Positions 32,022-38,959 of a DNA stretch of 38,959 nt are shown here, in pieces. The notes beneath the pieces were generated by a model that did not search any database, was not told the origin of the DNA, and saw nothing but the letters and a program-made list of their open reading frames with translations. Position numbers and translations under genes: made by a program. Location: IMG/VR virus record IMGVR_UViG_3300045988_088615, positions 1 through 38,959 of that record, one strand, 5' to 3'. The stretch is from a virus. How positions within the stretch are numbered: the stretch's first letter is position 1; the number at the start of each line of letters is the position of its first letter.

Positions 32022-32310
32022 TATTAAGACAAAACTGAATATTGGAGATACCGTTTGGTGGGTGAATTGCTCCAACAAAGTGTACAAGGGGACAATCAAA
32101 GAAATTGTATGCTGTGATTATCAGGGCGCACTCTACTGTGGCATTTACAGCCCATCTTACAGACGGAATATAAATCCGGTCGTTCACTATTCTTCTGTTT
32201 TCGAGTCCAGAGAAAAGGCACAAAAATTCGCAGAGTACCAGAAAGAAAACCCTGACGATGTGTTTCCCAAGTGTATGGGGTGCCACTACAATGCGTTTAA
32301 GGAGGATTAA
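32014..32310 (+). CDS. Hypothetical protein (about 98 aa) with no canonical start; ATA at 32014 or GTG at 32005
   Basis: The frame is open from 31894, but that part overlaps the previous gene. GGAGGTG-N6 positions ATA exactly where the duplicated junction at 32668 has ATG. Confidence 0.5.
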   Translation: MADIKTKLNIGDTVWWVNCSNKVYKGTIKEIVCCDYQGALYCGIYSPSYRRNINPVVHYSSVFESREKAQKFAEYQKENPDDVFPKCMGCHYNAFKED

Positions 32311-32312
32311 CA

Positions 32313-32681
32313 ATGGCTGAATACTTGGACGAAATTCCTGCTGCTAAGGCAGTATCACTTCACGACATTTACAGAGTTATTGCAGGGCATAGCTATTATC
32401 ATGGCGACCGTATCCTTGCAGCATTGACATGTATCGCAGAAGGAAAAGAGGTGAACCCTGTACGCCCTGCCGATGTTGCCCCGGTGGTGCATGGGCGGTG
32501 GATCTGCGAGTGGGACACCGATTTGGGGATCACAACCGTTATATGCTCCCGGTGCAAAGATGCGCGGGAAGTCAGGGGGTGCTATGTCTCGACTGGCGGA
32601 GAGGGTATGTACGATGAAGATGATTACTGCCCCAACTGCGGGGCAAAGATGGACGGAGGTGCTGACCATGAGGCTGATTGA
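32313..32681 (+). CDS. Zn-ribbon paralog family member B (122 aa)
   Basis: ADVAPVVHGRW, CSRC and YCPNCGAKMDGGAD. AAGGAGG SD. Confidence 0.75.
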   Translation: MAEYLDEIPAAKAVSLHDIYRVIAGHSYYHGDRILAALTCIAEGKEVNPVRPADVAPVVHGRWICEWDTDLGITTVICSRCKDAREVRGCYVSTGGEGMYDEDDYCPNCGAKMDGGADHEAD

Positions 32682-32958
32682 TGTTGATGAATTGGGCGTG
32701 GGGCGGTGCAGCAAAGATGTTCTCCCTGCGGCGTATTGTGCTGGTTGGAACGGCTTACTTGGCTTGATTGAAAAAGCCCCCACCGTGGATGCCGTGGTCG
32801 TGACGCGGTGCAAAGACTGTAAGCATTTGTGCGTGTGGAATCGAAAAGATATATACGCATTTTGCTCCAAAACAAACATCGCGTTTTTGCCGTTTGAGCT
32901 GGACACAAGGACATTCTTTTGCAGTTACAGCGAGAGAAAGGATGACGGGGCTGAATGA
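32668..32958 (+). CDS. Zn-ribbon paralog family member C (96 aa)
   Basis: APTVDAVVVTRCKDCKH...FCSYSERK. ATG 6 nt after GGAGGTG. Confidence 0.65.
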   Translation: MRLIDVDELGVGRCSKDVLPAAYCAGWNGLLGLIEKAPTVDAVVVTRCKDCKHLCVWNRKDIYAFCSKTNIAFLPFELDTRTFFCSYSERKDDGAE

Positions 32959-33098
32959 AACTGAAAGACTGGCTGATGATAGCCTTTTGGACGCTGGTTA
33001 TAGCCGCTGGCATTGCGTTTATCGTGTTTTATTTCAAAAGCATTTTGACCGCCGACATCCCCCTGTGGTTGAAACTGTACTTGTTGGGTGGAAAGTAA
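32955..33098 (+). CDS. Small transmembrane peptide (47 aa)
   Basis: ATGA overlap. MKLKDWLMIAFWTLVIAAGIAFIVFYF... Confidence 0.45.
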   Translation: MKLKDWLMIAFWTLVIAAGIAFIVFYFKSILTADIPLWLKLYLLGGK

Positions 33099-33099
33099 G

Positions 33100-33399
33100 A
33101 TGGATGAGTACATCGAGAAACGCAAAGTGGTCAATCTGCTGATCGAATTAGAGAAAGAATTTCAGCAGTTTAAGCCATTCAAAGGCTTTGAACACGCAAT
33201 GTATCGCAAGTTGTGTGAAGCTGAAATTGCTATCGGCAAGCTGCCTGCCGCCGATGTGGTGCAGGTACTTCGCTGCAAGGACTGTAAAGATTGGGGACCC
33301 GGAACCGGTGATGTCCCCATCTGCTGGGAAACATACGAACCAATGCCGCCAGATGGCTTTTGCAGCATCGGTGAGCGAAAACCCAGTGCGGACGGCTGA
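33100..33399 (+). CDS. Zn-ribbon paralog family member D (99 aa)
   Basis: LPAADVVQVLRCKDCKDW...FCSIGERK. Confidence 0.7.
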   Translation: MDEYIEKRKVVNLLIELEKEFQQFKPFKGFEHAMYRKLCEAEIAIGKLPAADVVQVLRCKDCKDWGPGTGDVPICWETYEPMPPDGFCSIGERKPSADG

Positions 33400-33435
33400 T
33401 TGCCAGCCGTCCCGCGTAACAAAAGGAGGTAAGCT

Positions 33436-33636
33436 ATGGAGGATCGGGACAGAAAACTTCTGAAAGCCTATGCGGAGAACAACATGAGCATGAAAAAGAC
33501 CAGCGGCGCGGTTTACCTGCACTACAACTCCATCCGCTACCGCTTTCGGCTCATTCAGCGGGAAACCGGGCTGGACCCCCGGAATTTTTACGATCTGGAA
33601 AAGCTGTTAGCCATGATAGATGCGCAGGGGTCCTGA
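33436..33636 (+). CDS. PucR/CdaR-type C-terminal HTH regulator (66 aa)
   Basis: AVYLHYNSIRYRFRLIQRETGLDPRNF matches the HTH_30 pattern (vH.NTvryRl.ri.e.tG.d). Confidence 0.7.
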   Translation: MEDRDRKLLKAYAENNMSMKKTSGAVYLHYNSIRYRFRLIQRETGLDPRNFYDLEKLLAMIDAQGS

Positions 33637-33689
33637 ACCCCTGCATCGGTAGATCAAAGGGGAGGGGCACTTCATAAAGGAGGACCATT

Positions 33690-33908
33690 ATGAAATACCG
33701 ATACACCGTCCAGCAGCTCAAGAAAATGGAGCAGTGCCGCTATCTCACCGACCGGGAGCGGCGCGTGTTCAATCTGGTTTGCCGCCGCGGCTGGGCGATT
33801 GAGGATGCGGCAGCAGAGCTGTACTTGTCCCGATCCTCCGTCACCTCCTGTCTGCGTTCCATCCGTGATAAAGCGGGCATATCCCGCCCAAACAAAAAAC
33901 ATCCATAA
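33690..33908 (+). CDS. Sigma-70 region-4 / LuxR-like small HTH regulator; candidate late-gene activator
   Basis: LTDRERRVFNLVCRRGWAIEDAAAELYLSRSSVTSCLRSIRDK. Last gene before the terminator. Confidence 0.65.
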   Translation: MKYRYTVQQLKKMEQCRYLTDRERRVFNLVCRRGWAIEDAAAELYLSRSSVTSCLRSIRDKAGISRPNKKHP

Positions 33909-33914
33909 GCCATG

Positions 33915-33962
33915 ACAAGCGGTGTCCTGTGGTACGGTAACCATAGAACACCGCTTGTTTTT
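33915..33962 (+). terminator. Rho-independent terminator at the end of the early operon
   Basis: 11-bp stem acaagcggtgt / acaccgcttgt with a structured loop, then TTTTT. Confidence 0.75.
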
Positions 33963-34008
33963 CGCGCGGAAACAGGAGGTGTATTTTTAGAGAAGGAGGA
34001 ATCTCTCT

Positions 34009-34602
34009 ATGGCTGAATTTGCAAGCAAGGGCGTCGCAGGCACTGCTCTCGGCACCGGCATTGCCGGTCTGTCTCTGGGCGTCCTGAACTCTCTGGGCGG
34101 TCTCGGCGGGATGCTGCTGGGCAATCGCGTCATCCCCTTTGCCGCTGGTATGGCGGCGGAGGCCGGATGCAGCGAGAACCACACGGTCAACCGCTACGAG
34201 CTGTCCATGGTGCAGGAGAACGCCAAGCTCCGCAGCGACATTGCCCTGCGGGATGCCAACACCTACCAGGACCAGAAGATGTTGGAGATGTACAAGTACA
34301 TCGACGGCAAGCTGGGCGAGGTGCATGGTGCGCTGGCTTCTCAGGCGGTCAATAATCAGGCCACCAAGGACAGCTTCCAGCTGTTGCAGGAGCGTATGGA
34401 CTGCTGCAAGAACGAGCTGTGCGGGGCCATTTCCCGGGAGCGGGACGAGCGGAAGTGCGCTGACAATACCATTGTCACCTACACTAACGCCACCTTTTAC
34501 CCCAAAATGGTCGCGGACATCACCACCGGAACCGGCACCACGCCCCAGTCCACCTATAACCCCCTCCCCGTTTCCACCTGTGACTGCAACTGCGGTCGCT
34601 AA
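34009..34602 (+). CDS. Hypothetical membrane-associated protein (197 aa): Gly-rich hydrophobic N-terminus, coiled coil, Cys-rich C-terminus
   Basis: GVAGTALGTGIAGLSLGVLNSLGGLGGMLLG; central heptad-like region; ends STCDCNCGR. Confidence 0.7.
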   Translation: MAEFASKGVAGTALGTGIAGLSLGVLNSLGGLGGMLLGNRVIPFAAGMAAEAGCSENHTVNRYELSMVQENAKLRSDIALRDANTYQDQKMLEMYKYIDGKLGEVHGALASQAVNNQATKDSFQLLQERMDCCKNELCGAISRERDERKCADNTIVTYTNATFYPKMVADITTGTGTTPQSTYNPLPVSTCDCNCGR

Positions 34603-34620
34603 GAGACGAAGAGGGAAAAA

Positions 34621-34643
34621 GAGAGGGGCATAGCGCCCCTCTC
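34621..34643. other. Hairpin gagaggggc-atagc-gcccctctc, preceded by A5 on the plus strand
   Basis: Read directly. A U-tract would follow only on the minus strand. Confidence 0.5.
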
Positions 34644-34663
34644 TCCCGTCATTGGAGGAATAT

Positions 34664-35002
34664 ATGGTAACATTAGAACAGATCAAGCAGGGCGCTGCCC
34701 GCTATGTAGATGAGGAATTTACCGGCAAGCTCACCGGCTGGCAGAAATGGGCCGTCGGTGCCGGGGCTGCTATGGCCCTTGGCAATCTGGACGCCAGCCT
34801 TTCCGCCCTCCGGGAGCATCCCGCCGTGAAGGCCCTCGGTGTCTTTGACGAGGCGGGGAACGTCGATCTGGACAAGATCTACGCCTGCCTGAAAACCGAA
34901 GCCGCCAAAGGCCCCGTCACTACCAATATCCCCCTGATTGGGAACGTCACGCTGAATGAAACGGATGTGGACAAGCTCTACACCCTCATCAAGCAGAGTT
35001 AG
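34664..35002 (+). CDS. Hypothetical protein (112 aa)
   Basis: ATG 6 nt after GGAGGA. The track start at 34652 is TTG. Confidence 0.65.
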   Translation: MVTLEQIKQGAARYVDEEFTGKLTGWQKWAVGAGAAMALGNLDASLSALREHPAVKALGVFDEAGNVDLDKIYACLKTEAAKGPVTTNIPLIGNVTLNETDVDKLYTLIKQS

Positions 35003-35011
35003 GAGGATTTT

Positions 35012-35311
35012 ATGCACGAGATCAGATACTTTGCCGAAGGCATCCGGGAAGAGCTGGACGATGCCGAGAAGTACGCCCGGGAGGCTGTCAAGCACGCCGA
35101 GGACCCGGAGGACGCCAGCACTTACGCCGACCTCAGCCGTCAGGAGCTGGGCCATGCCAATCGGCTCCACGAAATGGCTGTCCGCCATATCGAAAAGGCG
35201 AAGGACGCCGGTCACCATCCCACGGAAGCCGAGCAGGCCGTCTGGGACTGGGTGCGTGAGCGGATGCTGGACCGCGCCGCCCATGTGAAAACGCTCCTGT
35301 CCATGATGTAG
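35012..35311 (+). CDS. Helical protein (99 aa) with ferritin-like E/H spacing
   Basis: TAGGAGGA SD. EELDDAEKY...QELGHANRLHEM suggests a ferritin-like four-helix bundle. Weak call. Confidence 0.6.
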   Translation: MHEIRYFAEGIREELDDAEKYAREAVKHAEDPEDASTYADLSRQELGHANRLHEMAVRHIEKAKDAGHHPTEAEQAVWDWVRERMLDRAAHVKTLLSMM

Positions 35312-35320
35312 AAACCAAAC

Positions 35321-35352
35321 AAAACACCCCCGCCAGACGGCGAGGGTGTTTT
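35321..35352. terminator. Bidirectional terminator between convergent genes
   Basis: aaaacaccc-ccgccagacggcga-gggtgtttt has A-run and T-run flanks on both strands. Lies between stops at 35311 (+) and 35354 (-). Confidence 0.75.
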
Positions 35353-35353
35353 C

Positions 35354-38300
35354 TTACTTATAGGGGTTCTTGGCGTTGGTGGTGCAGATAATGTCCCACA
35401 GATCCGCCCGGTGCTCCTGACCGGCAAGGGCGGCGCTGGCCTCCGCCTTGCTGACCCTGCCGTTTCCGTCCGCGTCGGCGCTGTCCTTCATGGAGAAATA
35501 CTCCTTGGGGGAAAGTCCGGCATCATGCGCCTGCTTTACCTTCTCATAGGCTTTCCCGCTCATTTTCTCGCTGCCGTACTTTTGGTACAGGGCCAGAAAT
35601 TCCCCGGTGGACACGCCGATGTCCCGCTTGGACGTTTTTGCATTCTCAATCCACTTGTCGCTGGGCTCATACTTGGGGTCCACCTGCTGACGGGCCGTCT
35701 CACGCGCATATTTATACACGTTCTGGATGTAGTCAGACTTTTCGCTGTCGCTCATGGACTTGTATGCGGGCAGCTTCACTGCCGCCTCCACCAGCTCCTT
35801 TCGAGTCTGGCCCATGGTCTTGGCGTACCGGGTGTATTCCTCGCCGGTCAGGGTCCGGGTCTCACCCTTCACCGTATAGGACTTCTCCGCCGCCGCAGGA
35901 TAAACGGCGCTGTCTCCGGTGGCCTTTGCCAGCCGCCGGATCTCCTGCGTGGCGGGGCTGTTGTCCTGCGCTTTCAGGAAGCCGGGGGAGAAGAAAGACT
36001 GGAACACCCGCTCCGGTGCGGAGCCGTTGGAGACCTCGTTGCCCCACATATCCACCATGGGCTGAAGCTGATTCCGTGCGCCGGGGACCTTCTTCGCCGC
36101 CCCCTGCAAGAAATAGTTCACGTCAGAGGCTACCTGCCCCGTGCCCTTTTCCACATAGCTTTTGCGCACCGTATCATCAAATACGGAGGCAACCTTGCTT
36201 CCGATGGTGGGGATATACTGTCCGGCGTAGCTGCTGGCCGCCCGGTCAAGCAGATAGCCAACCTTGTTGTCGGCGTAGCTCCAATAGGAGATCAGGTCAT
36301 TCAGGGAGGACAGCATGGAGGTTTCCAGCACAACGTCCTGCATCCCCAGCAGAGAATCCACCAGCGCGTCGAAGGTGCTGCCGCCCTTTTCATGGGATTT
36401 TTCGGTGGCAGCGCCCGCAAACAGGGGCATTGCCGCAGGAAGCGCCCAGTCCAGCGTGTAGGACTTGTCCCCGATCTGAATAGCATAATCCTGCCCCCCC
36501 ATGGACTTCTCAAAGGCTTCCTCCTTGTCATCGTCACCGGCCCGGACGTGGAGCAGCCCCTCCGCCGCCAGATAAGCGCCCAGCGCGAAAATGCCGGTTC
36601 CGGTGAGGCCGGATGCAAGGGAATCCACGGCGTCCGCCGCCGTGCAGTTGCCTCTCCGCACATCCCACAGAGCTTCCTTCACACTCTTTGCGATGCCAAC
36701 AGGGCTGTAATCAAGACCCGTGGTCAGGATGTTGGCCGGGGTCTTGCGGAAGGGTAGAAGCGCATCGGTTACAAAACTTATACCGCGCTCAACAATATTG
36801 TCGCTCGCATCATACCGGCCTCTCTTGGACAGCGCCTCGGAAAGAGCTGTGGTGTTGCGGTAGGTAGCCTTCTGCGCTTCCTCAATGGCGTAGGCCCGTG
36901 CCGCCTCCACGTCTGCGGTTCTGGTGCCTGCGTGGGCCTCTGCCGCCGTCACGCCCTTGGCTTGCAGCGCTTGGGCGAAACTGTCCACATAAGCCGCACG
37001 GTTGAAGATCACGTCCTCATAGTCAAGGGCGCGGCTGTTCAGGTCTCCAATGCCCTGCACGGCACGGGAGAGAACGTCCTCCCCCTTGAACATTTTTCGC
37101 TTGCTCTGGATCTCACGCTCAATGCCTGCCGCCGTGGCGTCGGAATACTTTCCGCTGCCCATCGCCGCGTTCTGGTCCGTCTCATACTGGCCCTTGGCAA
37201 AGGCTTTCAGATCCTTGTCAACATTCACGGCCTTTGTCCGCTGGCTCTGATCCTTGATGACCGCCCGCTCGATTGCGGTTCCGATGCCGTCCTTGATCTT
37301 CCGCGCACCCATCTGAATGGCGTTGCCCATGATGTTGCGGATGTGGGTGGTGGGGTTAGTCAGCATGGAGGTGTACCGCCAGAAATTGGCCTTCTCCCGG
37401 AACGTGCTGGGGATCTGGTCTGCAATGGACGTTGTGATGGCGTCCCACGCCGCCGCCCGCTCCGCGTCCGTCTCTGCCATCAGGTAGTTGGTGGCCAGCT
37501 CGTCAGAGAGGGTGAAGCCCGTCACCTTGTCAATGTAGTCCACCCGTGCGCCTTCCACGTCTCCGCTGTCGGCGGTGTTCTGCCGGGGCGTCCGGTTCTG
37601 CCGTGCCGCCCGGTCATTCATCCGGTCTACCAGCCGCCGCAGCGTCAGCAGACGGCCCTCCGGCGTCAACCGGTTCATCAGGTTCATGGCCTGCACCATC
37701 TGTGCGCTGTCGTGAGCCGCGTCCGCAATGGCCGTTGCCAGCTCAAAGGCGGCCTTGTGGTCTCCTTCGGAAATGGCAAGGTTGTAGGCGCTGATAGCCT
37801 CGGCGGTGTCCGCCTTGGTGATCCGCTGTCCCAGCTCCGCCTTGGCAATGAAGCTGTTCGCTACCTCACGCCAGCCGTCCCGCGCAATCTTGGCCTGCGC
37901 CTGCTGCACGGCGCTCCGGTCCGTCACCACGTCATAGTCGAACGCGCCGCCTGCAATGGCGTTTTCATACACGGTTGCCATTTCCGGGGAGGTCAAGGGG
38001 CTATTGAGAATGGTGGAGACCGTTTTCTCCACATTCCGCCCGGTGTCAGGGTTCACAACGGGTACTTCGGAGGGGGCGCGGCGCTGGTCATTTTGCACCC
38101 GCTCCGCACTGTTAGGATTTACCGGGTGGAACTCCTCGCTTTTGGCCTGCATGGCGTCAAAGGGCGTGTTCACCGTCCCGGCCTTGGCGTCACCCGGCGT
38201 GTCGAAAGCATCCACATCGTCCAAACCGCGGCCCCGCGCCTGCTTGCCCGCGCCCAAAATGCTCTGCTTGGCGGTGAGATACCCGCTGTTGGGTCCAACC

Positions 38301-38959
38301 TGTTCGCCGGTCATGGTGGTGTAGCCGTGAGAGAGCATATCGTCCAGAATCAGCTCCACCCGCTTGGCCGCCGCCACGTTCTCTTGCCCCTGATCGGTGA
38401 TGATCCGCTGAGCTGCGTCGATAATGGCGTCACGGGAAAGCCCGGTTTCGTCCATGGCCTGCCGCAGATGGGGCGAGGTCTGTGCCGCCTGTTGGACGGC
38501 GTTGCCCTCCATGGTTCGCTCATAACGGCGGCTCATGGGCTGCTGGAGGGAGAGGTCTGCGTCCGCGATCAGGGCGTTGGCCGCTTCCTGATAATAGTGA
38601 TGCAGCTCCGGGTGGTCGAACTGGAAGGCGTTTACGTCTCTGCTGCCCACCGTCTCCATGCGGCGCCGGTCGATGTGCTGCTCCGGGTCGATCTGGAACA
38701 CCTTTCCAGCGGCGTCCATGCCCACAGTGCCCTCCTCGTTGGCACGGAAAATGGCGTCCTGCTGGGCCTCCGTCATGGTATTCAGGTCCGCCCGCTTCTT
38801 CCCAAACAGAACCTCGGAGAGAATGTCCCGGCTTCCCCCGTTCTTGACATTTTCCGCCCCCTGTGCTATGCTATCATTAGCATTGAGGGGACGCGTACCC
38901 TCAACAGGGCTTGAATGAGTTCCCGTCGCGGTAGGTGCTGGACCTACGTCAGGGCCGGA
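35354..38959 (-). CDS. Giant virion-associated protein, C-terminal part. The frame is open to the window end and continues from 1..2086 through the 55-bp overlap.
   Basis: The track starts it at Met 38776, but the same frame has no stop up to 38959. Position 38905 (equivalent to position 1) is a first codon position in both pieces. Combined length: 2086+3551 = 5637 nt = 1878 aa plus stop. Confidence 0.85.
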   Translation of the reverse strand, partial: SGPDVGPAPTATGTHSSPVEGTRPLNANDSIAQGAENVKNGGSRDILSEVLFGKKRADLNTMTEAQQDAIFRANEEGTVGMDAAGKVFQIDPEQHIDRRRMETVGSRDVNAFQFDHPELHHYYQEAANALIADADLSLQQPMSRRYERTMEGNAVQQAAQTSPHLRQAMDETGLSRDAIIDAAQRIITDQGQENVAAAKRVELILDDMLSHGYTTMTGEQVGPNSGYLTAKQSILGAGKQARGRGLDDVDAFDTPGDAKAGTVNTPFDAMQAKSEEFHPVNPNSAERVQNDQRRAPSEVPVVNPDTGRNVEKTVSTILNSPLTSPEMATVYENAIAGGAFDYDVVTDRSAVQQAQAKIARDGWREVANSFIAKAELGQRITKADTAEAISAYNLAISEGDHKAAFELATAIADAAHDSAQMVQAMNLMNRLTPEGRLLTLRRLVDRMNDRAARQNRTPRQNTADSGDVEGARVDYIDKVTGFTLSDELATNYLMAETDAERAAAWDAITTSIADQIPSTFREKANFWRYTSMLTNPTTHIRNIMGNAIQMGARKIKDGIGTAIERAVIKDQSQRTKAVNVDKDLKAFAKGQYETDQNAAMGSGKYSDATAAGIEREIQSKRKMFKGEDVLSRAVQGIGDLNSRALDYEDVIFNRAAYVDSFAQALQAKGVTAAEAHAGTRTADVEAARAYAIEEAQKATYRNTTALSEALSKRGRYDASDNIVERGISFVTDALLPFRKTPANILTTGLDYSPVGIAKSVKEALWDVRRGNCTAADAVDSLASGLTGTGIFALGAYLAAEGLLHVRAGDDDKEEAFEKSMGGQDYAIQIGDKSYTLDWALPAAMPLFAGAATEKSHEKGGSTFDALVDSLLGMQDVVLETSMLSSLNDLISYWSYADNKVGYLLDRAASSYAGQYIPTIGSKVASVFDDTVRKSYVEKGTGQVASDVNYFLQGAAKKVPGARNQLQPMVDMWGNEVSNGSAPERVFQSFFSPGFLKAQDNSPATQEIRRLAKATGDSAVYPAAAEKSYTVKGETRTLTGEEYTRYAKTMGQTRKELVEAAVKLPAYKSMSDSEKSDYIQNVYKYARETARQQVDPKYEPSDKWIENAKTSKRDIGVSTGEFLALYQKYGSEKMSGKAYEKVKQAHDAGLSPKEYFSMKDSADADGNGRVSKAEASAALAGQEHRADLWDIICTTNAKNPYK
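38905..38959. repeat. Terminal exact repeat, copy 2 (identical to 1..55)
   Basis: 55/55 identity, read directly. Confidence 0.97.

Noticed and set aside
33841-35284. Minus-strand ORFs 33841..34686 and 34673..35284
   Set aside because: They are antisense to plus-strand genes with good SD sites. Composition is Gly/Val/Leu/Ala-rich shadow type, and the ORFs cross a terminator hairpin.
35411-38914. Plus-strand ORFs 35411..36757, 35638..36483 and 36932..38914
   Set aside because: They are antisense shadows of the giant minus-strand gene and have no SD or motifs.

Overview
The window appears to be a complete temperate phage genome, linearised inside a gene. Nt 1-55 are identical to nt 38905-38959, so the unique length is 38,904 bp and the molecule is either circular or circularly permuted. 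The sequence is GC-rich. Gene content suggests a Clostridia-type host, but that is inference only.

Layout:
- Late operon, minus strand (17925 down to 1, continuing across the junction to 35354): several small head-module genes, scaffold, major capsid, large terminase, a 615-aa structural protein, portal, a collagen-like fibre, two DUF6273-like putative receptor-binding paralogs, holin, endolysin, a 667-aa low-complexity protein and a giant ORF.
- The giant ORF is about 1878 aa and is cut by the window edges, so the supplied ORF track does not show it whole.
- No tape measure, tail tube or sheath gene is visible, so the virion is probably podovirus-like.
- A tRNA-like gene with an irregular anticodon arm sits at 17954..18031, next to a 0.95-kb C-rich, repeat-dense non-coding region.
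- Lysogeny module (21.7-25.3 kb): candidate attP with arm-type repeats, tyrosine integrase, a divergent cI-like/Cro-like switch with three 17-bp operator-like repeats, and an opposite-strand membrane-protein moron.
- Early operon, plus strand (25.4-33.9 kb): Lar-like protein, PD-(D/E)XK nuclease, putative SSAP, SSB, G39P-like loader, DNA methyltransferase, RusA, many small Zn-ribbon paralogs and two small HTH regulators.
- Three post-terminator cargo genes at 34.0-35.3 kb.
- A separate right-arm operon (19.4-21.7 kb) driven by a consensus promoter encodes a J-domain protein.

No rRNA, CRISPR array, reverse transcriptase or transposase was seen. All family assignments come from motif recognition by eye; no database search was run.
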